64,000 bases of DNA from Malacoraja senta (GCA_038087875.1 CM075997.1:1118001-1182000); one strand, 5' to 3'. Numbered from the stretch's first letter, positions 36,801 to 48,260 are shown. Notes: generated from the letters alone by a model not told the origin. Made by a program: numbers and translations.

Positions 36801-39029
36801 ATACTCCCCTGGGCTTTCTCCACAGATACTCATCATTGCAAGACATTACTTAACCCCGTCAATGCTTCATAAATAAGCTCTTATTTCACTCCGCACATAA
36901 GCAGGCAGCTTGATTTATGGGATCCTTCCACCAAGATAAAATAAACATGGCTGGAGATTTCGACTGATTGATTGAACGATGCAGCATATAAACAGACGAG
37001 ACAAGGAACCATAGTCTCCAAGTGCTGGGGTAACTGGATAGACTCGGTTTGTACTCGCTAGAATTTTGAAGATTGAGGGGGGATCTTATAGAAACGTACA
37101 AAATTCTTAAGGGGTTGGACAGGCTAGATGCAGAAGATTGTTCCCGATGTTGGGGAAGTCCAGAACAAGGGGTCACAGTTTAAGGATAAGGGGGAAATCT
37201 TTTAGGACCGAGATGAGGAAAAAAAAATTCACACAGAGAGTGGTGAATCTCTGGAATTCTCTGCCACAGAAGGTAGTTGAGGCCAGTTCATTGGCTATAT
37301 TTAAGAGGGAGTTAGATGTGGCCCTTGTGGCTAAAGGGATCAGGGGGTATGGAGAGAAAGCAGGTACGGATACTGAGTTGGATGATCAGTCATGATCATA
37401 TTGAATGGTGGTGCAGGTTCGAAGGGCCGAATGGCCTACTCCTGCACCTATTTCCTATGTTTCTATAACTCAGCGGGTCAGGCAGCATCTCTGGAGGTCA
37501 CGGGTAAGGTGACGTTTTGGCTCGGGACCCTTCTTCAGACTGATTTGAGGGGGGAAGAAAGCTGGAAGAGAGGCAGAGACAGGATAAAGCCTGGCGAGTG
37601 ATAGGTGGATACAGGCGAGGAGGAGGGGGGGGGGTTTGATAGGCAGATGGTTGGACTAAGGCCAGAGATAAAAAGACAGGAGGTGTGAGGCGTAAGGTTT
37701 GAAGAGATGCGACTTGTGAAGTTAGAGGAAGGAGAGCAGAAAGTGAGATCACACATAGCAGGTGAACACACGTGTGATCAGGTGAACGATAGTCAGCATG
37801 GACGCGGTGGGCGCAAGGGCCTGTTTCCATGATTTATCTCTAAACCTAAATTTCCCTCAAGATGCTGCCTTTGTGAACCGTGGCACAGCGGTAGAGTTTC
37901 TGCCTTTCAGCGCCAGAGTACCGGGTTTGGTTTCTGACTACCGGTGCTGTCTGTACGGAGTTTGTACGTTCTCCCCCCGTGACCTGCGTGGGTTTTCCTG
38001 GGAGCTCTGGTTTCCTCCACATTCCAAAGACGTACAGGTTTGTAGGTTAATTGGCTTGGTATAATAGTAAATTGTCCCTAGCGTGTGTAGGATGGTGTTA
38101 ATGTGCGGGGATCGCTGGTCGGCGCGGGACACGGTGGGCCGAAGGGCCTGTTTCCGCACCAATTCTGAAACCAAGAAGCTGAGACCATAAAGCTAAACTG
38201 CAGTTGTCCCACAGTGCAGGGTTGGGACTGACCAGTCTGTTGGTGACGACTCACCTCATTGCCGATGGTGTCGATCTTGTGTTTGTACTTGAGGGACCCA
38301 CTGTCGGATGATGGCAAAGAGCTCGGGGCACGGTTGTCTGAGGGTCGAAGAGGATTTCCTGGCAGGCGGGGTCGTTCGGGTCAAAGAAGGTGAAAGCTGG
38401 AGAGAAGAGGAGAGAATGCAACCCAACCCTTGGCCACCGAGATCAGACCACCGGGGAAAGTGGGTGAGGGGAGGGGGGGGGCGAGGGAAGAGGGGGGGGT
38501 GAGGGAGGGGGGGCGAGGGGAGGGGGGCGAAGGGGGGGAGGGGGGTGAGGGGAGGGGGTGCGAGCGGAAGGGCGGGGGTGCAAGGGGAGGAGTTGAGGGG
38601 AGGGGGAGGGGGGGCGAGGGGAGGAGGTGGGAGGGCAGGGGGTGCGAGGGGAGGGGGGTGAGGGGAGGGGGTGAGAGGGGAGGGGCTTCGAGGGGAGGGG
38701 ATGGGGTGCGAGGGATGGGGTGCGAGCGGAAGGGCGGGGAGGATCAGGGAGGGGGTGCGAGGGGAGGGGGAGCGAGGGCAGGGCAGGGAGGATCAGGGAG
38801 GGGGTGGGAGGAGTGGGGGGGTGCGGGGAGGGGTGGTTCCAGCCGGGCTCGTGTGAAGCCATGCGATGCAGTTACCGTAATCCTTGGGCAGGGGTGCGGG
38901 GGCGGAGTGGTGAACGAAGGGCTTCTTGCGGCGTTCGGGGAGGGGGCTGTGGAAGCCGGTGGGCAGCAGCTCCTGCTGCTCGAGAGGACCCTCCTCAGAG
39001 GCCACGTCTAGAACATTCTCCTTGGTCAT
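30595..39029 (-). CDS. CLIP3: CAP-Gly domain-containing linker protein 3, 5' part (six coding exons, ankyrin repeats), 3'-partial
   Basis: Peptides match recalled human CLIP3: APAPLPKDYAFTFFDPNDPACQEILFDP, RSRWTNMNALHYAAYFDVP, VPDPMDMSLDKAEAAMVAKEL, LPKVTLPNYDN. Confidence 0.95.
30879..31020. repeat. (GAAT)n/(GAAG)n microsatellite
   Basis: Seen directly. Confidence 0.9.
31380..32010. repeat. G-rich minisatellite with core GAGTGGGCGGGGCT
   Basis: Core recurs about ten or more times among G runs. Confidence 0.9.
32114..32232 (-). CDS. CLIP3: CLIP3 coding exon 5
   Basis: VLNSTCNDFNHGTALHIAASNLCLGAVKCLLEHGANPALR; 119 bp. Confidence 0.95.
32913..33074 (-). CDS. CLIP3: CLIP3 coding exon 4
   Basis: DPAAAARLCNQLIALGADVGLRSRWTNMNALHYAAYFDVPEITRILLKAHKPK; 162 bp. 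Confidence 0.95.
33339..33780 (+). mobile_element. CR1-like LINE 3' fragment
   Basis: Same subfamily as 28822-29268. Confidence 0.85.
33960..34051 (-). CDS. CLIP3: CLIP3 coding exon 3 (two -1 indels)
   Basis: I/KRGCHVNDRDGLTDMTLLHY/CKAGAHGV; 92 bp where 94 is expected. Confidence 0.9.
36140..36700 (-). mobile_element. Penelope-like element 3' fragment (GIY-YIG endonuclease plus terminal repeat)
   Basis: FTCTSSNLIYCICCSRCQLLYIG...RFAEHLRSV...PVAQHFN. Shorter copies near 3770-4265, 23410-23900, 24890-25370, 63330-63600. Confidence 0.85.
37033..37465 (+). mobile_element. CR1-like LINE 3' fragment
   Basis: Same subfamily as 28822-29268. Confidence 0.85.
38255..38396 (-). CDS. CLIP3: CLIP3 coding exon 2 (two +1 indels)
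   Basis: AFTFFDPNDPACQEILFDPQTTVP/ELFAIIRQWVPQVQ/HKIDTIGNE; 142 bp where 140 is expected. Confidence 0.9.
38460..38830. repeat. G-rich low-complexity tract
   Basis: Seen directly; fills most of a CLIP3 intron. Confidence 0.9.
38876..39029 (-). CDS. CLIP3: CLIP3 first coding exon
   Basis: MTKENVLD...PERRKKPFVHHSAPAPLPKDY; acceptor 14 nt upstream of the ATG, GTAAC donor. Confidence 0.9.
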
Positions 39030-39515
39030 GGTCACAGCTCTACCTGTGGAACAATGAGAGGGCAGAATGTCAGAACCTGCTCCCAACACTCTCTCTTTCT
39101 TTCTGTAATGTTATAACCACATTATTCATCTCTCTGTGTTGTTCTCTTTGTCCTATCTATTGTATTTACAGATGGTTAGATTGCACTTGTGTAGCATGCT
39201 TTGCCTGCAAGGCTCCCAACTGGGTGATGGTGGATATTTGAGACTTTGGGATAGGAGCCTGGATATGCAGCGAATGGAGGGACATTCATCATTCTGAAGG
39301 CACAGGACATTGGTTTAACTTGGTCGGCATGCACAGCAACGATATTGTGGGCTGAAGGGCCTGTCCCTGTGTTTCACGGTTCTGAGTTCTATGGCTGAGC
39401 GGCACCGCGGTAGAGCTGCTGGCTTGGAGCGCCAGAGAGCCAGGATCGATCCCGACTCCAGACGCTGCCTGTGTGGAGTTTGTACGTTCTCCGGGTGCTT
39501 CGGTTTTCTCCCACA

Positions 39516-39877
39516 CAGGGCCGGCCTTAGGAGGTGCGGGGCCCAATTGGGAACAATTTTGGTGAGCCCAGGTTCCCAGCCAAGGTCTGTAGAATCATAG
39601 CAATATAAATAAAGTCTATTATAGACTTTCTATCTCTATGGTAGAATGGAAAGTAATCAAAATGTGCGCTTAAACAGTGCTTGCGAGTTAATGGACCAAA
39701 CTGATCCAAGCTACATTTTAATATAGAATTGCATACATGTAAGCCTACAAGTAACAGACAAAATGCGTAGATCACCCCTGAAAAGTACATAGAGTGTAGA
39801 TTACTCTAGCGCAGGGCCCCCTTAGGCACAGGGCCCAATTGGGAATAATTGGTCCAATTGGCTTAAGGCCGGCCCTG
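39516..39877. mobile_element. hAT-like MITE inserted in a SINE
   Basis: TIR CAGGGCCGGCCTTA; TSD CTCCCACA/CTCCCATT. Confidence 0.75.
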
Positions 39878-41756
39878 CTCCCATTATCAAAAGACGCGCA
39901 TGTCTGTAGGTTCATTGGCTTCTGTAAATTGTCCCTAGTGTGTAGGATCGAACTAGTGGACGGGTGACCATTGGCCCACGCAGACTCGGTGGACTGAAGG
40001 GCCTGTTGTCTCTAAACCAACTTAGATAGCATGCAAACAAAGCGTTTAACCGTACATCATTTCACATAACACTAATAAATCACTACCTGTTTGTGGGACC
40101 GTGCATGTTCCCTACACAATCTTAAAATATATTTTATCGTCTGCCAAACAGGTTCGGTAAGTTGTGCAAAAAAAGTGCAAGAGGTGAAAAACTTCAGGCT
40201 ATGGAGAAAGGGCCAGTGGGCAGAAATAGTGAGTTGTTCTTATAGAAAGCGAGAGCAGACAAGATGGGCCGAACAGCCTCATTCAGTGCGGTAACCAATC
40301 TACTATTCAATAATACGATGCAAATCCCTCTCTTCCCGGGGAAAACATTAATCCCATACTCCTCCCCATTATTACTAACTGCAACAAAAGAAATCTATTA
40401 AAATATTGATTACTCCGCCAATTAAAGGGAATGATTTCTGACTCAAGGCCGCTTTGACAGGTTATTAGCTGAATGTACGGAGAAGATTTATTGTAGAGAT
40501 GGCAGCAGAAAGCACCCAGTCACTGAGTGCTCCGTCTTGGAATTCATCATCACCGACTTGGAATGAAAAATTAAGGCAAAGGATGATGAAAAAAATCTCC
40601 ATCTTGGACTTTAGACTTTTCGATACAACGCAGAAACAGGCCCTTCAGCTCACTGAGTCCGCGCCGACCAGTGATCCCATAAACTAACACTATCCTATGC
40701 ACTAGGGACAGTTTACAATTGTTGCCGAAGCCAATTAATCTCCAAACCTGTTGAAGAACGAACTGCAGATGCTGGAAAAATCGAAGGTAGACAAAAATGC
40801 TGGAGAAACTCAGCGGGTGAGGCAGCATCTATGGAGAGAAGGAATAGGCGACGTTTCGGGTCGAGACCCTTCTTCAGACTGATGTGGGGGTGAGGGCGGG
40901 GAAACTTCGTCAAGCCAAAAGTGGGGGAATTATTCAGAGGTCAAAACTTGCAGAGTTACAGAACCCAGGAAGCCAAATCCACGCCTCTACTTCCTCAGGT
41001 GGCTGAGGATACTCGACATATCTCCAATGACTTTTACAAAACTTCTACAGATCAGGTCAGGTCGGGGGGAGTTCCCCCCGCCACGGGTACCATGTAATCC
41101 CGTGCTACCTGCTCCATGGTCGGATAGTCAGCGACTAAACCGTCTCCCCCACCTGGTTTGCCAGGTGAGGAGGGGGCTGTGGACCCCCAGCAGGACCAAA
41201 AACAAGACCTGCAAACAAAGGGCGGATGAGCTTCTAGCCAGCCGACGGCCATCCACACTTCAGTAGAAGTTGCGATCACTGTCGTACGTAGCATTGTAAG
41301 GAATGATGATAAAGCACACACACACACACACACACACCAAAATCCTGTACTTCCAGCGGCGGAAGTCCGCAGGAACTGGAGGACAGAGATGTGCGGTGCG
41401 TCCATCACCGTTCCCGTTGGAGACCAGCACCACTGCGTCGCTAATGTTTGCAACGATGATGAATGAATGAATGAATCTACTGTCAGGTTGCATCATAGTT
41501 TGGTTTGGCAACTGCTCTGCCCAGGACTGCAAGTTGGTCTTGGCTTCATGTTTGGCACAGACATTGTGGGCCGAAGGGCCTGTTCTTAGTGCTGTCCTGG
41601 TCTATGTTCAAAATTCATAGAAAATCCCAATAGTTAGTTTGACTCAGCCTCAAGTGATCTGCTGGGTGTGACCGGACTTACAACAAGGCTGTGGACCAGT
41701 TTAGTTTATCGTCACGTGTACCAAGGTACAGCGAATAACTTTTGTTGCATGTTGTG

Positions 41757-42170
41757 AAGGATGAGGGATTATCTTATAGAAACATATAAAATTATAAAAG
41801 GACTGGACAAGCGAGATGCAGGAAAAATGTTCCCAATGTTGGGCGGGTCCAGAACCAGGGGCCACAGTCTTAGAATAAAGGGGAGGCCATTGAAGACTGA
41901 GGTGAGAAAAAACTTTTTCAACCAGAGAGTTGTGAATTTGTGGAATTTCCTGCCACAGAGGGCAGTGGAGGCCAAGTCACTGGATGGATTTAAGAGAGAG
42001 TTAGATAGAGCTCTAGGGGCTAGTGGTATCAAGGGATATGGGGAGAAGGCAGGCACGGGTTATTGATAGGGGACGATCAGCCATGATCGCAATGAATGGC
42101 GGTGCTGGCTCGAAGGGCCGAATGGCCTCCTCCTGCACCTATTTTCTATGTTTCTATGTCTATGTTTCTA
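41757..42170 (+). mobile_element. CR1-like LINE 3' fragment
   Basis: LIETYKIIKG...RVVNLWN...FKRELD peptide plus tail. Confidence 0.85.
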
Positions 42171-45100
42171 TCAAGTCAGCGGAAAGACAATACATGATTA
42201 CGATCAAGCCATTGACACCTGAACATAATACAATCTGACAATTTCACACCAGCTCAATAATAAGCATTTTTTTTAAACAACATGTCACTGGGTGCTATCT
42301 TTACTCAAATTAAAATTTGCACTAATCTTTTTAATCAAAAAATAATTGAATGCTGTGGTTTTTCCAACTTAAACAAAATATAAATTAAAATCAAAACATA
42401 TAATCTACAATCCTTCCTTCTTCAAAAGAACCCGCTTGGGCAAATTGGGCTGAAGGGCCTGTTTCTACACTGTATCGCTCTGTTTTAATGAACCACATGC
42501 TGTCCTTAGTTCCAATAAGAATTTTTTGATCCTAAAAATAACCTGTCTACCCAAGACACTGATGTTCTAAGCAATAGAATACAGCCTCCCACGCCTTCCA
42601 GCAGCAGTGTAATGCTTCCTGTCGTTTTAGCAGCAGAATTATATATTATACCAATATAGGGGGTTAATGTTCCTGTCATTTCAAAATGGCCATAAACTAT
42701 TTTAACACTGGCAAATCTATCAGAGATAGGGTAATATTAATAAAGGCTGCAAGCTGGGTTTGTGCCAAAGAACCGCAGGCGGAGGTGGATCAACACCTGT
42801 TATTCGTCACTATGGCTTGTTCACAACCACAGCGGGTAGCCCAGTGTCGCAGACTAAATGCATCCCCAAAGAAGGCAAAGGGGGAAGAGCAACTCACAGG
42901 TTCAGTGACACCGACAGAAATGAGAGGAGACCTGTGGCGCAGTGGGTAGAGCAAGTGTCTCATAGCTCTGATCCTGACCTCTGCCTGTGTGGAGTTTGCC
43001 TGTTCTCCCCAAATCCCACCAGCAGAGATAGGTTGGTACGTTAAATTAGGTTAGTGAGGGGAGTATAAAAGTGGATCAATTTGATGTGTTTGGTGGGTTG
43101 GTCCAGACTTGGATGGACAAAGGACCTGTTACCAAGCCTGTTTCAACGTGATAACTTTGTGCAGGCAAGAGAGAGTGTTATATCAACATTTAGGGCTGAT
43201 TTTCAGCCCCCCTAGAGGGTAAAGGAACGGGGGAATATGGGGTGTGACTGAAGGCAGGCTACATGAAATGGGAACAGATGAAGACAGATGAGGAGGAAGG
43301 CAATAATGCTCACAGCTTTAGAATTATTATTTTTCATTTATTAGCGTTAAAATATAGGTAACCGTTACGGGAATCACAGCTTGTCAACGCATGGCTAAAT
43401 TCAAAAAGAAAATGTGTTAACCCTTTCAATTTCAGTCTTTTAATTAATTGGTCAAAATAAACCATTCAAATCAATAGCAACACATGGTAGCTGCATTTGT
43501 GGATGTGTAACCCTTTCAAAACAACATTTCCCCAAAAAATAAAAATAAATCCATTGGAAACCATTTTACTGAAGAATGCAGGAAAGGTTGTTTTTTTATT
43601 TCGCCTTCTAAATCTTACAGTGGCAACACAAACATTCTTGCTTATATTTAACATTAAAATGCAAAGCCATTTATTCTTTTTTTTCTGAGAGTAAAATCAA
43701 CCATAGAATTAGAGATTTTACCAACCACATTTTTACAATAGTCAATGATACTGTTTGGATTTTTTTTTTAATCTATATGTTGTATAATCAGTCTCAAGGT
43801 CTAAAAAAAACACATCTAAAAGGATGAAAAGCCCAGACACGGTTTTAGCTTAAATAGATGAGATAAACAATTCTGATATTTAGCGGCAATTACTGTTGGA
43901 ATATTCTTCTTTTTTTTTTAAGAGAAGCTGCTGATTTATCGAAGGCTGCTGATTTATTAAACAGCTTTCTTTCTTGTTTTGCTGCGTGTTTGTTTTCGGC
44001 TCCAGCCGAGGATGCTTCAGACAATAGGCACAAGCATCAGCAGCCTTGCATGGATTGCAAGCTGCGTCAACAGAATTACACAAGACTCCTTCGAAAACAA
44101 GCACCGAGCATCAAATGCTACTGATACAGATAGTAATCTCTCTCGTTTTCTTCATTAACGTTAAGCTCGAAGAAGAAACGTCAATCGAAACAGAACCAGT
44201 GTCAAAAACACCATTTTTGTTTAGAATGAATGTATCAACTGCACCCTTTTCAACAGCGGATAACGCCGGAGTTACACTTGTTTCAATTTCATATTGTTGT
44301 ATTTTCGCCAATATTGCAACAAAGGAAATCACAATGAAATTACATGTAGAAGATTTCAATCCTACCTCGCCTCTCTCTGAGCTGTTCTGCGTTGGTTACA
44401 AGTCCTTCAGTGTCTCCACCTACTCTCTCTCCCAAGATGTGGCTGCTCTGTCATCGCCTGCGTCAGACCATCTCGGTCTGGACCACAAGACTCATTCATT
44501 CATTCACGCGTGTGCAGAAGGTGAGGCTTGAGATTCTAGAAACCACTTTCATTCAGGTGGTCGTGACTGCATTTGGGGATGGGGAGCAAGTGTGCAAACT
44601 ATTCAATCAATGAACGGGGAAGAAAAGCACCCAAGAAATCTGAAGACAACAAATAGGCTTTCTAGAAATAAATGGAAAATGTTGGAAACACTCAGCTGAT
44701 CAAGCAGCATCGATAGAAAGAGAAACACAAGATATTTCAGCTCAAAATCAGATTTCCAGCATCTTTGCAATTTTTAAAAATGGTTTTCCATTATATTTTG
44801 TTTAAGAAAGAACTGCAGATGCTGAAAAAAATTGAAGGTAGACAAAATGCTGGAGTAACTCGGCAGGTGAAGCAGCATCTATGGAGAGAAGGAATAGGCG
44901 ACGTTTCGGGTCGAGACCCTTCTTCAGTCTGATTATATATAACCTTCCATTATATTTTAAATAGTTTTGGTTTAACAGTAATGTTTTCAAATAATTTTAC
45001 CAGCACAAATATAAAATCCCCTTTAAAACATCTCAGTCATGAATCTGCCATCTTTATTCTACACGTTCTCAATCATTAGGGAACGGGGGTTCCTTTCTTC

Positions 45101-45559
45101 CAGCTTAGATGAGGCCCTCGCATGTGTCTCCTTAGTACACTGCAGCTCCACCCTTGCTCCCCCTCCCCCTAGTCCTTAACTTCCACCCCATCAGCCATCG
45201 CATAGAAAACAGAATCCTCCGACATTTTCTGCACCCCCAACGGGATCCCACCACTAGTCACATCTTCCCATTCCACCCCTTTCCACCTTCCGCAAATAAC
45301 ACATGCATTCCCTCTCTCTCCATCCCTCCCCCACCCAAGTCACATCAGCTTCCATTATCACCTAGCTACAGCTAACAGTGGCCTGCTTCTCTCATCATTG
45401 TTACTATTTTGCATATCTTTCATTCATTTGTTCTATAACTCTTTACATCATCGTCTATATCTCTCGTTTCCCTTTTCTGCGACTTTCAGTCTGAAGAAGG
45501 GTCTCAACCCAAAAGTCACTGATTCTTTCTCTCCAGAGAGAAACTGGAAGTAAGCATTC

Positions 45560-46205
45560 AGGTACAGCAGGCAGTGAAGAAAACTAATGGCATGTTGGCC
45601 TTCATAACAAAAGGAGTTGAGTATAGGAGCAAATAGATCCTTCTGCAGTTGTACAGGGCCCTAGTGAGACCACACCTGGAGTATTGTGTGCAGTTTTGGT
45701 CTCCAAATTTGTGGAAGGACATTCTTGCTATTGAGGGAGTTAATTCCCGGAATGGCGGGACTGTCATATGTTGAAAGAATGGAGCGACTGGGCTTGTATA
45801 CACTGGAATATAGAAGGATGAGAGGGAATCTTATTGAAACATAAAAGATTATTAAGGGATTGGACATGCTAGAGGCATGAAACATGTTCCCGATGCTGGG
45901 GTGTCCAGAACCAAGTGCCACCGTTTAAGAATAAGGGGTTGGCCATTTAGAACAGAGATGAGGAAAACTTTTTCACCCAGAGAGTTGTGAATCTGTGGAA
46001 TTCTCTGCCTCAATTCAAGAGAGAGTTAGATAGAGCTCTTAAAGATATGAGCTTTATGAGTCCAGGGATACGAGTCCAGGGATATGGGGAGAAGGCAGGA
46101 ACGGGGTACTGATTGTGGATAATCAGCCATGATCACAGTGAATGGTGATGGAGGCTCAAAGGGCCGAATGGCCTACTCCTGCACCTATTGTCCATTGTCT
46201 ATTGT
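45560..46205 (+). mobile_element. CR1-like LINE 3' fragment
   Basis: Encodes [15 protein letters not shown] through to the tail. Confidence 0.85.
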
Positions 46206-47990
46206 CCGAGATGCTATCTGTCCTGCTGAATTCTCCAGCATTTTGTGTCAATCTACATATGTATCTTAATATCTTAAATATTCACTTGCTTTTTGCTTCC
46301 TGAGAATCAGTGCACTCAGTCCCAAACTGCAGGAGTAAAAGCAAGGGGAGTTTTGACCTAAATAGGGGGAAAAAACATGGTTAGATGCCACTAAGTAGAT
46401 GGCAATGCCTTAACCATTTGTGTGTTGTAAGGCCACTAGGGCCCCTTCCATCCTTATCAAGGGGAGTGCTAACCTTCTCTCCTTTCATACAACACACCAT
46501 CTTGGATGGGCGCGAACCGTATTTATAGTTCGAAAACCAGACACATATTTGGGTATGGGTGTAGTGTAAGATTGGTCTTACACTACGTTTTCAATCTCAC
46601 CTATTTAACAGGTATAACCTAGTAAAACATGACAATATTTTATATTGAGCATAAATTCGATTTTTCAATAAATTTCACCGGCTAAAGGTTAATTATGCTA
46701 ATCTAGCAGCGTTTCAGCCAATTGTTATTCAGTGTGTGTTTTAGTTGCACGGCAAACCTCAAAGACTGCTTAAATCCAAATGTACAAAGGCTGTGGTTTA
46801 TACAGCGTAGCATAAAATGATCTGACTTGATCATTAGTTGAATTAAATGATGTTTATCAGCAGAACCTCACCTTGTCATGTGACTTCGACCGACTGCGCC
46901 GTTTGCGCATGCTCAGCGCTGAGACTGTAACAAGTCAACAACAACAGCCCGAGGACTGACACAAACAGCTGGAGTAACTCAACGGGACAGGCAGCATCTC
47001 TGGAGAGAAGGAATGGGTGACGTTTCGGGTCGAGACCCTTCTTCAGAAGAAGTTACTCCAGTTTGTTGTATCTATCTTCGGTTTAAACCAGCATCTGCAG
47101 TTCCTTCTTACACAACAACAATAGCCCTCCTTGCTGCAAGCAGCAATGGAAAGCATGTGTGGGGTCACACAGCGAAACAATTAACCGACTTTATCCCAAT
47201 GCATTGCTTCAGCTGCTATTTCCATTATGCGTATTGGAGTTTAGAGTGTTTATTGTCATATTTCCCAGAGAGAACAATGAAATTCTTACTTGCAGCAGCA
47301 CAAAAGAATATTGATTTCTCAATAACCCCGGCATTCCCTCTCTCTCCATCAATCCCCCACCCAACATACAACTAGCAATGTGTAGCAAGGAACTGCAGAT
47401 GCTGGTTTAAACCGAAGATAGTCACAAAATGCTGGGGTCACTCAACGGGACAGGAGCATCTCTGGAGAGAAGGAATGGGTGACGTTTCAGACTGAAGAAG
47501 GGTCTCAACCAGAAATGTCACCCATTCCTTATCTCCAGAGATGCTGCCTGTCCCGCTGAGTTACTCCAGCATTTTGTGTCTACCTGTTCCCAAACTAAGC
47601 TGTGATGCAGTATTCAAGATTTCAAGGTCAGTTTATTGTCACATTTAAGCAGTTGAGGAAATTTGAGTTACCATGAAGCCACAGTTGAGTTACCATATAA
47701 GCTAAGTGAAAAGCAACAAGACACACAACCACATAAAAGTGAACATAAACATCCATCACAGTGGATTCCACATTCCTCATTGTGATGGAAGGCAATAAAG
47801 TCCAATCTTCTTCCTCTTGTTCAAGTACCACAACAGTGAGAGAAGCTGAAACCCATTAAATAAGCTTGAGAGCAAGGGAAAATGTAAAAATATATTCTAT
47901 ATGGATATTTATTTCAATTGTTCAGCAGAGGCTGGAGCAGGGATAGAACACTGACATTGGAGTTGCTCCTCCAGTCCATTCATGAAATCA

Positions 47991-48260
47991 GTGCCGGCAT
48001 TGTGCATGCGTAGTCCCGTCAGTCGCCAAGAGGGGGTGCCGGCACCACGCATGCGTATGATGATCATCCACGGGTGCCGGCACCACGCATGCGTATGACC
48101 ATAATTTACCATGGGCGGTGCCGGCACTACGCATGCGTATGATGATCATTCCCGGGATGCCGGCGTTACGCGTGCGTATAATGATCATTCCCCGGGGTGC
48201 CGGCACCACGCATGCGTATGACCATCGTTTACCATGGGCGGCGCCGGCACCGCGCATGCC
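47991..48260. repeat. 7-unit tandem array (38-45 bp period) of GTGCCGGCAC-nn-CGCATGCGTA in the EIF3K promoter
   Basis: Units start at 47991, 48036, 48074, 48118, 48157, 48197, 48241. Confidence 0.9.

Noticed and set aside
31363..39241. Gly- or Pro-rich ORFs
   Set aside because: Translations of G-rich low-complexity tracts; only the embedded CLIP3 exons are supported.
41052..41453. Minus-strand ORF or exon upstream of CLIP3
   Set aside because: Interrupted by (CA)n with no recognisable homology; at most a UTR exon.
43880..44359. Selenoprotein or read-through gene from two in-frame minus-strand ORFs separated by TGA at 44111-44113
   Set aside because: No recognisable protein family, no ATG start for the first ORF, and no SECIS identified by eye.
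44046..44531. 161-aa plus-strand ORF as a gene
   Set aside because: No recognisable domain or exon context.
47991..48260. CRISPR array
   Set aside because: The linkers are only two recurring types rather than unique spacers, the context is a vertebrate promoter, and there are no cas genes.
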